A program made the translations under genes and the position numbers. The notes beneath the pieces are model-generated. The model was not told where the DNA came from and did not search any database. It saw nothing but the letters and a program-made list of their open reading frames with translations. 64,000 nt of DNA, from assembly GCA_045863395.1 (NCBI GenBank), contig BTVJ01000005.1, positions 128,001-192,000 on the forward strand, in the 5' to 3' direction. The DNA comes from Myxococcales bacterium. GTDB lineage: Bacteria; Myxococcota_A; UBA9042; JABWCM01; BTVJ01. Shown here piece after piece: positions 1-10,002 of the stretch (position 1 is the first letter of the stretch; each line of letters begins with the position of its first letter).

Positions 1-1019
1 ACACAGCGCTGGCCCTCGTCGCAGTCGACGTTGGTGATGCAGGCGATGGGCTTGCCATCCTTGCCGAAGGCGGGCTCGAACGTCTGGGACTTTCGCCAAA
101 GGTTCCAGAGCTGGGCCTTGTAGTCGCGACCGCTCTCCGTCACTCCGTCGAAGTGGTCGTAGTCGTGGCGCTCCGCCTGGAAGTAGCCGAACTTCTCCTG
201 GTGCTCGCGGTTGGTGTAGACCCGCGTGATGAAGTCGTCGTCGGGGAGCGCCATCTTGAAGCTGTGACGCACCTTGACGATGGCGCCGGCGCAGTCGCCG
301 GGAGCCTGGCCATAGGCAGCGCACGCATTGTAGCTGGGCGTCGCGAAGTACTTGGTCACGATGTCGAAGTAGTCCGCCTCGAAGGTCGGCGCATCGGGAT
401 TGAGCCCGTTCGCCTCCCAGTCCTGGACGTAATGGACGGGCTGGGCGGACGCGCTGCCGGTGATGAAGCCGGTCTCCCGCACCATCTCAGAGCCCCAGTC
501 CACACGGACGTAGTCGCGGAGGTACCAGGGGCGGTCCGACGTGTTCTCCGAGATCACGTTGGTCTGCTCACCGGTCGCGGTGCTGTACTCGCGCTTGATG
601 TCGAAGTGGCTCGTGATGGGCCACATGGCCACCGGCGAGCTCACGTAGACCTCGATGAACTCGTCGCGGCGGTCCTTGTCCCAGTAGCGGCGGATCTTCT
701 GCTTGACGAGCTTGCCCTCCGAGCCCTTGACGGTCTCGAGGATGGGGTAGGCGACCAGCAGCTTCTCCTGGACGTCGAAGATGACCTTCGCGCTGTTGCC
801 GAAGTTCGTCTCGCCCTGGAACGTGAAGGCCGAGCTGTACGGGATGTCGGAGACGGTCTTCACGTAGTACCAGACCCCGTGAAACTGCTCCTTGCTGAGC
901 GAGTTCGCCTGGGTCCGGTCGATGTCGCCAACGTCCTGCACGCACGCCGCGACAGGGAACAACAGGGCCGCGAGCGTCGCCGCGACCAGGCCCTTCGAGG
1001 TGCCCTTGAACCACTTCAT
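1..1019 (-). CDS. Large myxobacterial-type lipoprotein, partial (runs off the left edge); the family often carries a downstream zinc-metalloprotease-like domain, not visible here
   Basis: Absent from the ORF track (no stop in window). Manual translation from ATG at 1019: MKWFKGTSKGLVAATLAALLFPVAA-C-VQDVGDIDRTQANSLSKEQFHGVWYYVKTV...; lipobox-like VAAC; SD GGAGG upstream. Confidence 0.7.
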   Translation of the reverse strand, partial: MKWFKGTSKGLVAATLAALLFPVAACVQDVGDIDRTQANSLSKEQFHGVWYYVKTVSDIPYSSAFTFQGETNFGNSAKVIFDVQEKLLVAYPILETVKGSEGKLVKQKIRRYWDKDRRDEFIEVYVSSPVAMWPITSHFDIKREYSTATGEQTNVISENTSDRPWYLRDYVRVDWGSEMVRETGFITGSASAQPVHYVQDWEANGLNPDAPTFEADYFDIVTKYFATPSYNACAAYGQAPGDCAGAIVKVRHSFKMALPDDDFITRVYTNREHQEKFGYFQAERHDYDHFDGVTESGRDYKAQLWNLWRKSQTFEPAFGKDGKPIACITNVDCDEGQRC

Positions 1020-1075
1020 TCGCACTTTCCTCCTGTCGAGCACAGACCAGCCCCGAGCGGGGGCAGGGCCTCTGG

Positions 1076-2227
1076 CTAGAACGTTGCGACCACGTCCAGA
1101 TAAAAACTCGTCAAGTTGTCGCTGGTCGACCGGTAGTCGAAGAACGGGAACCGGAAGCCCTCGTTGTCCAGCGTCTTGGGTGTCTGCAGGGTCGTCGTGC
1201 CGAGCGCGATCCCCAGCTCGTCCAGCACTTGGTAGCTGACCTCGAAGGTGCCGGCCGTCAGATCGCGCTGCCCGATGCCGGGCTTGGCGTTGGCCGAGGT
1301 GAACGCGTCCTCGGGCATCTCGTAGCCGAAGGCCGTGTAGATGATGAAGTCGACGGTGATGCCCAGGCGCTCGACGGGCACGAACTCTGCCGTGAGGCGG
1401 TTCATGAACTGGAACTGGGTGTTGGACCGGGAACCGCACACGGCGCCGCCGCTGTCGAGGGTCTTCGCGCCGAGGCACGGAGGCTCGGCGTTGTTGGCCA
1501 CGTCGAAGGCGGGGTGCTTGCTGCGGTTGAAGTTGTAGTCGAAGCGGAACTGGTAGCTCAGATTGAGCCAATCGAAGCTCTTGCTCAGGCCAAGGCCCCC
1601 TCGCAGCGTAAGGATGCGGGTCTGCGTCTGGGAGGCCAGCGAGGTCGGCGCCAGCAGGTCCACCCACCCGGCGAGCTTGAGGCCCGTCACGGGCTCGCTG
1701 ACGATGGGGCTGACGGACCACGTGAGCGTGAAGTCGCTGAGCAGGGTCTGGCCCCGCGTCGTATTGGCCGAATCCGCGTTCTCGATCAGGGACTTGATCA
1801 GATCGATGCGCGCGATGAGCCGCATGTTGTCGGTGAGCCGCACGAACGGGCGCAGGCTCAGGAGCATGTCCCACTGGGGCCGCGCGTTGTACTCACCGGG
1901 GACGAAGGTCCCGATGCCCAGGGAGTTCTCGTAGATGATGGTTGCGCCGATGGGGAAGACGCTCTTGGCCTCTTCAGCCTCCTCGCCCGCCGGGGTGGCC
2001 TCCTCCTGGACCGTGTCGGTCACCGCCACCTGGGCGTCTGCCGGGGCGGCGTCGGCCCCGGAATCTGCGCCACCGCTGTCCACCGCGGGCGCTGCGCCGC
2101 TGGCCTGCTTCTCTGGAGTGGTGACGGTTGCCTGCTCGGCCTTCGGGGCCGCGTCGTCCGCGTGCGCCGCCGTGGCGGAGAGCACGAGGGCCGCGGCGAG
2201 GCCCGACATCCAGACAGTGGCTTTCAC
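1076..2227 (-). CDS. Putative outer-membrane beta-barrel protein
   Basis: GTG start after GGAGG; signal peptide (..TAAHA), acidic Ala/Pro linker, alternating amphipathic strands, C-terminal ..FYLDVVATF (terminal Phe). Confidence 0.65.
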   Translation of the reverse strand: MKATVWMSGLAAALVLSATAAHADDAAPKAEQATVTTPEKQASGAAPAVDSGGADSGADAAPADAQVAVTDTVQEEATPAGEEAEEAKSVFPIGATIIYENSLGIGTFVPGEYNARPQWDMLLSLRPFVRLTDNMRLIARIDLIKSLIENADSANTTRGQTLLSDFTLTWSVSPIVSEPVTGLKLAGWVDLLAPTSLASQTQTRILTLRGGLGLSKSFDWLNLSYQFRFDYNFNRSKHPAFDVANNAEPPCLGAKTLDSGGAVCGSRSNTQFQFMNRLTAEFVPVERLGITVDFIIYTAFGYEMPEDAFTSANAKPGIGQRDLTAGTFEVSYQVLDELGIALGTTTLQTPKTLDNEGFRFPFFDYRSTSDNLTSFYLDVVATF

Positions 2228-2328
2228 ATGACCTCCTGGGCGGAGTCGATCCGCTGGTCGTGACGGAAGGGGCCGCGTCGGGTGCGAGATGCTGCGGCTC
2301 GCGTGCGTCACCGGGCTGGGGACGCGGC

Positions 2329-2356
2329 ATCATACCGACGGTCCGGATCCTGTCAA
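2329..2356 (-). promoter_or_regulatory. sigma70-like promoter
   Basis: Minus strand TTGACA-N16-TATGAT, ~100 nt upstream of the barrel gene. Confidence 0.5.
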
Positions 2357-2428
2357 GGGACAGCTTGACGCGCGGCCGCTTGCCACTGCGTCGGGATCCG
2401 GACACCTCCGTCACTGGAGGGATGACAA

Positions 2429-2444
2429 AGCAACCAGCGTGCCA
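2429..2444 (-). promoter_or_regulatory. sigma54 (-24/-12) promoter
   Basis: Minus strand TGGCAC-GCTGG-TTGCT, matching consensus TGGCAC-N5-TTGC, intergenic and pointing to the barrel gene. Confidence 0.7.
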
Positions 2445-2590
2445 GTGGCACGTCCGGAGCCAGCCGAGTGCCCCTGGCGCCCCTGGGACGCGGTCCCGCT
2501 CGCACCGAGGTACCAGAGCACGGACCCTGGAGGCGCGTCAGCGACCTGACGGCGTAAGAAATCCGACGGTGCCCAAGTACCGTGCCCCGA

Positions 2591-5500
2591 TCACGCCAGG
2601 TACACCGCGTCGCGGCCAACGAGGCGCTCTACCTTCCCGATGAGGTCGTCGGAGGGCGTCACGCGCCACCGGTCTCCGCACGCGACGACGACCTCCGTGC
2701 GGTCGGGGAGCTGCAGTGACAATTCCGCCTCGCAAGGCCCCTGGAAGTGCAGGAACGCGGCCTGGAGCGCCTCGACCAGCTTCGGGTCGAGCCCGCCCAC
2801 TGGGACCCTGACCCCCACGCGGCGCGTGAGCTGGCGCCGCGCCGCCGCGATGCTCGAGACCTCCGTCGCCCGCACCTTGCGGACCTTGGCGTCCCCCTCC
2901 CCCTCGATGCGGACCTGGCCCCTCACGAGCAGCGGCTCGTCGCTCTTGATGACCGGCTCCATGTCCGCGTACTGCTTGGAGAACACGATGACCTCCGCCT
3001 GCCCGAGGTGATCCTCGAAGGTCACGAAGGCCATTCGGCCGCTCCCGTCCTTCAAGGGCCGCTCGCGGATCGCAGCGACCACGCCGCCGAAGGTGACGTC
3101 GGCGTTGTTGGGGAGGTTCTCCAGAGACTCGGTGTTCACGTTGGCATAGCGCCGCAGCTCGTCCAGGTAGCGGTCGAGTGGGTGCCCCGTGATGTAGAAC
3201 CCCAGGGACTCCTTCTCTCGCTGGAGCCGCTCGCGCTCGCTCCACTCCGCATCGTCGGGGAGCGGGTCGTACTCCGCGCCCTTCTTGGCGGGCGTCGCCT
3301 GCGTCAGCATCCCGAAGAGGCTCATCTGGCCGCTCTCCCGGTCCCGCTGTGTGGACTGCCCGCGCTCGATGGCCTTGTCGAGGGTGTGCCACAGGACGTC
3401 GCGCGGCTTGCCGAAGGAGTCGAACGCCCCCGAGGCGACCAGCGCCTCGAGCACCCGCCGGTTCACCTTCCTGAGATCGATGCGCTCGCAGAAGTCGAAC
3501 AGGCCCTCGAAGGGGCCATCGGCCCGCACCTTCAGGACGGCCTCGATGGCGCCCTCCCCTACCCCCTTGATGGCGCCGAGCCCGAAGCGGATCGCGCCCT
3601 CGCTCACCGAGAAGTCGAGCACGGACACGTTGACGTCCGGCGGCCGGATCACGATGCCCATGGACCTGGCTTCGGCGATGTAGCGCACCACCTTGTCGGT
3701 GTTGTCCTTGTCGCAGGTGAGCAGGGCCGCCATGAGCTCGACGGGATAGTGGGCCTTAAGGTACGCAGTCTGGTACGATATCAGACCATATGCGGCTGAG
3801 TGTGACTTGTTGAAGCCGTATGAGGCAAACTCCTGCACCAGATCGAAGATATGCCCCGCCTGTGCAGCATCTACGCCGTTCTTCTTGGCTCCATCGACGA
3901 AGATGTCCCGCTGCTGGGCCATCACGTCGGCCTTCTTCTTGCCCATGGCGCGGCGCAGGAGGTCCGCCTGGCCGAGGCTGAACCCGGCAAGGATGGACGC
4001 CAGACGCATCACCTGCTCTTGATAGATGATGGTGCCGTAGGTCTCGCCAAGCACGCCCTCCAGCGAGGGGTGCAGGTAGTCGACAGCCTCCTGGCCGTGC
4101 TTGCGCGCGATGAAGCTGTCGACCATGCCGCTCTGGAGCGGGCCGGGACGGTACAGGGCGACTGCGGCGATGATGTCCTCGAACTTGTCGGGCTTGAGCT
4201 TGCGCATCAGCTCCTTGAAGCCCGAGGACTCGAGCTGGAACACCCCCGTCGTGTTGCCGGAGCTGAGGAGCTCGAACACCCCCGGATCGTTCATGGGGAT
4301 CTCGCTGAGCTCGAACGGCCGCTCCTCGGCCCTTTGCCCTTGGCGGATCAGCCGGACCGTCTGGTCGATGACCGTCAGTGTCTTGAGCCCGAGGAAGTCG
4401 AACTTGACGAGGCCCGCCTCCTCCACCTCGTTCTTGGCGAACTGGGTGACCAGCTCGCCGTTGTCGCCCGTGAGGACCGGGACGTAGTGCCAGAGCACCT
4501 CGTCGCCGATCACGATGCCAGCAGCGTGTACCCCTGTGTGGCGGTACAGGTTCTCCAAGGCGAGCGCCGTGTCGAACAGGCGCTCGTGCTCCGGCGCCTC
4601 GGCCATCCACTCCCGAAGGCGAGGCTCCTGCTTGAGAGCGTCCTCCAGCGTGATGTTCAGGACCTCCGGAACCAGCTTGGCGACCCGGTCCGCATCGCCG
4701 AAGGACATCTCCATGACGCGCGCCACGTCACGGATCACCCCGCGGGCCTTGAGGGAACCAAAGGTGACGATCTGGCCGACGTTGTGGGCGCCGTACTTGT
4801 CGGTCACATACTTGATGACCCGGTCCCGCGTGTTCATGCAGAAGTCGATGTCGAAGTCGGGCATCGACACGCGCTCCGGGTTCAGGAAGCGCTCGAAGAG
4901 GAGGTCATACTTGATGGGGTCGATGTCCGTGATGCGGAGCGCATACGCCACGATGGAGCCGGCGCCCGACCCGCGCCCCGGACCGACGGGGACCCCCATC
5001 TCCTTCGCCGCGTTGATGAAGTCCCACACGATGAGGAAGTAACCAGGGAAGCCCATCTGGTTGATGATGGACGCCTCGAGCTCCAGGCGGTCCCTGTACT
5101 TCTGCTCGTCGACCTCGATGCCCAGGCGCCGGAAGGTCTCGAGCCGCGCGGCGAGGCCCTGCCGTGCCAGGTGAGCGAGGTAGCCCGCCTGGTCGAAGCC
5201 CTCGGGCACCTTGTACTGCGGCAGGAACACCTCCCCAAGCACCAGCTTGACGTTGCAGCGCTCGCCGATTCGGATGGCAGCGTCGATGGCCTCGCCGTGG
5301 TCGGGCAGCCCGGCGCGCATCTCCTCGCCCGACCGCAGGGTGAAGCCGTCCGGGATGTTCGCCAGGCGGTCGAGGTCCTGCATGCTCTTCTGCATCTGCA
5401 GGCACATCAGCGCCTTGTGGACCTGCGCGTCCTCCCGCGTCAGGTAGTGGACATCGTTGGTGGCGACCAGCGGCACGCCACAGGACTCCCCGATCTCAGT

Positions 5501-6085
5501 GACTCCCCGGCGCACCGTCTCGTGCTCGGCCACGCTCGACGGCTGGACCTCCAGGAAGAAGCACGGCTCCCCGGCGTGGTCCGGCGGGAACATGGCCCGC
5601 AAGCGTGACGCGACGCGCGCGGCCCGGGCGGTGTCCTTGCGCAGCAGCGCCTGCTCGATCTCACCTCCGAGGCCTCCGGACAGCGCGATGATGCCCTCCG
5701 CCGCCTCTGCGAGCACCTCCGGGTCGATCCGGGGCCGGGCGGCGTCGGGCTCGCGGCCCCGGAGCCAGGCGTCGCTGACGACGCGGAGCAGGTTGCGATA
5801 GCCCCGATCGGTCGCGGCCAGCAAGACCAGGTGATAGCCACGGCGGTCGGTCGCCTGCGCCTCGGGATCCATCGCCGGGGCGTACACCTCGCAGCCAAGG
5901 ATCGCCTTGACGCCGGCCTTCTTCGCCGCCTTGTAGAGCTCGACCGCCCCGTAGAGGTTCGCGTGGTCGGTCATGGCGACCGCCGGCATCCCGAGGGCGG
6001 CGGCGCGCTTCACCAGGTCGGGAACACGGACCGTGGAGTCGAGCAGGCTGTAGTGGGTATGGACGTGGAGGTGGACGAAGCTCAT
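2591..6085 (-). CDS. dnaE: DNA polymerase III alpha subunit
   Basis: MSFVHLHVHTHYSLLD (PHP domain), GPGRGSGAGS, PDFDIDF, KFDFLGL, YGFNKSHS, C-terminal OB fold; no intein seen. Confidence 0.98.
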   Translation of the reverse strand: MSFVHLHVHTHYSLLDSTVRVPDLVKRAAALGMPAVAMTDHANLYGAVELYKAAKKAGVKAILGCEVYAPAMDPEAQATDRRGYHLVLLAATDRGYRNLLRVVSDAWLRGREPDAARPRIDPEVLAEAAEGIIALSGGLGGEIEQALLRKDTARAARVASRLRAMFPPDHAGEPCFFLEVQPSSVAEHETVRRGVTEIGESCGVPLVATNDVHYLTREDAQVHKALMCLQMQKSMQDLDRLANIPDGFTLRSGEEMRAGLPDHGEAIDAAIRIGERCNVKLVLGEVFLPQYKVPEGFDQAGYLAHLARQGLAARLETFRRLGIEVDEQKYRDRLELEASIINQMGFPGYFLIVWDFINAAKEMGVPVGPGRGSGAGSIVAYALRITDIDPIKYDLLFERFLNPERVSMPDFDIDFCMNTRDRVIKYVTDKYGAHNVGQIVTFGSLKARGVIRDVARVMEMSFGDADRVAKLVPEVLNITLEDALKQEPRLREWMAEAPEHERLFDTALALENLYRHTGVHAAGIVIGDEVLWHYVPVLTGDNGELVTQFAKNEVEEAGLVKFDFLGLKTLTVIDQTVRLIRQGQRAEERPFELSEIPMNDPGVFELLSSGNTTGVFQLESSGFKELMRKLKPDKFEDIIAAVALYRPGPLQSGMVDSFIARKHGQEAVDYLHPSLEGVLGETYGTIIYQEQVMRLASILAGFSLGQADLLRRAMGKKKADVMAQQRDIFVDGAKKNGVDAAQAGHIFDLVQEFASYGFNKSHSAAYGLISYQTAYLKAHYPVELMAALLTCDKDNTDKVVRYIAEARSMGIVIRPPDVNVSVLDFSVSEGAIRFGLGAIKGVGEGAIEAVLKVRADGPFEGLFDFCERIDLRKVNRRVLEALVASGAFDSFGKPRDVLWHTLDKAIERGQSTQRDRESGQMSLFGMLTQATPAKKGAEYDPLPDDAEWSERERLQREKESLGFYITGHPLDRYLDELRRYANVNTESLENLPNNADVTFGGVVAAIRERPLKDGSGRMAFVTFEDHLGQAEVIVFSKQYADMEPVIKSDEPLLVRGQVRIEGEGDAKVRKVRATEVSSIAAARRQLTRRVGVRVPVGGLDPKLVEALQAAFLHFQGPCEAELSLQLPDRTEVVVACGDRWRVTPSDDLIGKVERLVGRDAVYLA

Positions 6086-6321
6086 GGACGACCCTCGGGC
6101 TTGGGACACGACGGCCCCCATGGTTCACAGCGCGCCAGGGCAATGCAACCGCTCGATTGCAAGCTCTTGGTTTTGCGAAGCAGTGGCGCCCGGAGCCGCG
6201 CGGAATCCTGGCGCGGACGATCCAGGCCTCGGTCCCGCCATGGGGGCGCGCGGCCAGGCGATGGGCGAGCAACCAGGCGAAATCACATGACAACATCGGT
6301 TCTGGTGGGTGGCAACTTCCC

Positions 6322-6351
6322 TTGACACCCCGTTCGAGGGGCCCGTAGAAT
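6322..6351 (+). promoter_or_regulatory. sigma70-like promoter
   Basis: TTGACA-N18-TAGAAT, ~60 nt upstream of the ATG at 6412. Confidence 0.55.
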
Positions 6352-6411
6352 CCGGCGTCGCCGCGGATGCTCCGTGAGCGTCGCGGTCCTTCGTACTGTG
6401 GAGGTGTGTCG

Positions 6412-6942
6412 ATGCGCTCCCTGGTTGGTGGCTCTGCAGTGCTTCTCCTGGCCGGGGTGGTCGGAGCGTCCTGTACCTTGCGCGCGACCAACCCGGTCCC
6501 GGACGGGCCGCCCGAGCAGGATCCGGTGGAGCACCCGATGCAGCGCGCTGGTGCTGCCACGTTCCCGTCGGGCTACGACCAGTGGCGCCGCCTCAACGAC
6601 GAGATCATCATGCGCTCCGAGGAGGGCGAGGCGCGCTGGCTCTACGTCAACGGGGCTGCCGAGGGGGCCAGCGGCAGATCCATGCCCGTAGGCAGCATCC
6701 TGGTCAAGGTCCAACACCGGCTCTTCGTCGACAAGGCGGGCAACTCCCAAGTGAGCGACCTGTACAAGATCGCCACGATGGAGAAGGGCGAGGCAGGCCC
6801 CAACAACGGCTGGGTGTTCCGGGCGTTCGATCCAGAGAGCCGCGAAGAGCTGGGGGGCGAGGTCGAGGCGTGCATCGTGTGCCACTCCCAGCGCGCCGGC
6901 GACGACTACACGTTCCGCGCCCTCGAGGACCTCGCTCACTGA
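6412..6942 (+). CDS. Cytochrome P460/c'-beta family c-type cytochrome, lipoprotein
   Basis: SD GGAGG; lipobox VGASC; family-like motifs PSGYDQW, PVGSILVK, MEKG..GWVF; single C-terminal CIVCH heme motif followed by DYTF. Confidence 0.75.
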   Translation: MRSLVGGSAVLLLAGVVGASCTLRATNPVPDGPPEQDPVEHPMQRAGAATFPSGYDQWRRLNDEIIMRSEEGEARWLYVNGAAEGASGRSMPVGSILVKVQHRLFVDKAGNSQVSDLYKIATMEKGEAGPNNGWVFRAFDPESREELGGEVEACIVCHSQRAGDDYTFRALEDLAH

Positions 6943-6961
6943 TTCGGGGGTGCTCCCGCCG

Positions 6962-9019
<2,058 letters not shown>

Positions 9020-9051
9020 TGCCCGGAGCCTGACCTGCCGTCAGGGGACCG

Positions 9052-9906
9052 TCAGAACGTCAACCGGCCCTGTAAACCGCCGCCGTCCGCGCCCGCCGCG
9101 GGCGTGATGGCGAAGGTGGGCGATGAGCCGGCACCAGACGCAGCGGATGGCGGCGCCGTGGCATCGACGATGATGAGCACGACCCCTGCTACGAGGGCCG
9201 CCGCGCCGACGCCGATGGTAACGTCCGACGCGAGCGCCAGGGTCTTCGCGTCGTCGCGATAGGCTCGCTTCTCGTTGAGGGCGGTCGCCCCATCGAAGTC
9301 CGACTGGGCCCCAAGGGCGAGCCCCCCGAGAACGCCCCCCGTGATCGCGGTCGCTCCACCGACGCCGAGGAGGACCCAGCCTGTGGCACCCAGGGCCGAA
9401 CCACCGGCCTCGGGGCCGCCCGTGGCGCCGATGCCCGTCGCGTCGACCCCGGTGGTCGTCGGATCCCCCTGGCTCGAGGACCCTGCGCGCGCCGCAAGCT
9501 GGGCGCGCAGGTCGGTCAGGCGCTCCCGGGCCTGGTCCCGCGCCGCCGCGTCGGCGTCCGGCGCTCGCTCATACCGCTCGTAGTAGGTGACCGCCTCGGA
9601 CAGCTCGCCGAGCTTCTCGTGGATGCGCGCGATGTTGAAGAGCAGGTTTGCGACGGGCTGGAGCGCGAGGGCCGCCTTGAACCGGGCGAGGGCCTCACGA
9701 TAGCGGCCGCTCTTGTACGCCTCGACCCCCTCCGCGGACAGGACCTCCACCCGTCGGGTGACCGCCGAGGCATCCAGCTCCGTCTCTTGCGCCAGGGCGT
9801 CTGGGCGCACCCCTGCCAGGGCAAGCGCCAGGAGGCCAGCCAGAGCCGCACGCGAGGGTCGATGCCCGCCGCCGGACGTACTGTTCGATTGATCCAATGG
9901 ACTCAT
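9052..9906 (-). CDS. Secreted TPR protein with hydrophobic Gly-rich C-terminal region
   Basis: Signal peptide; TPR motifs (GVEAYKSGRYREAL..., LLFNIAR...EAVTYYERY); two hydrophobic segments; ends GLQGRLTF. Confidence 0.8.
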   Translation of the reverse strand: MSPLDQSNSTSGGGHRPSRAALAGLLALALAGVRPDALAQETELDASAVTRRVEVLSAEGVEAYKSGRYREALARFKAALALQPVANLLFNIARIHEKLGELSEAVTYYERYERAPDADAAARDQARERLTDLRAQLAARAGSSSQGDPTTTGVDATGIGATGGPEAGGSALGATGWVLLGVGGATAITGGVLGGLALGAQSDFDGATALNEKRAYRDDAKTLALASDVTIGVGAAALVAGVVLIIVDATAPPSAASGAGSSPTFAITPAAGADGGGLQGRLTF

Positions 9907-9933
9907 GCCTCGGCACCTGGTTCGCACCGGCGC

Positions 9934-9962
9934 AGTCTAGCACCCGCGGTCATGACCGGCAA
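9934..9962 (-). promoter_or_regulatory. sigma70-like promoter with overlapping palindrome
   Basis: Minus strand TTGCCG-N17-TAGACT with TG extension; perfect 12-bp palindrome CGGTCATGACCG at 9947-9958. Confidence 0.45.
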
Positions 9963-10002
9963 GACGCACCGGAGAGCGCGGCCAGACAGCCGGCCGCGCC
10001 AC

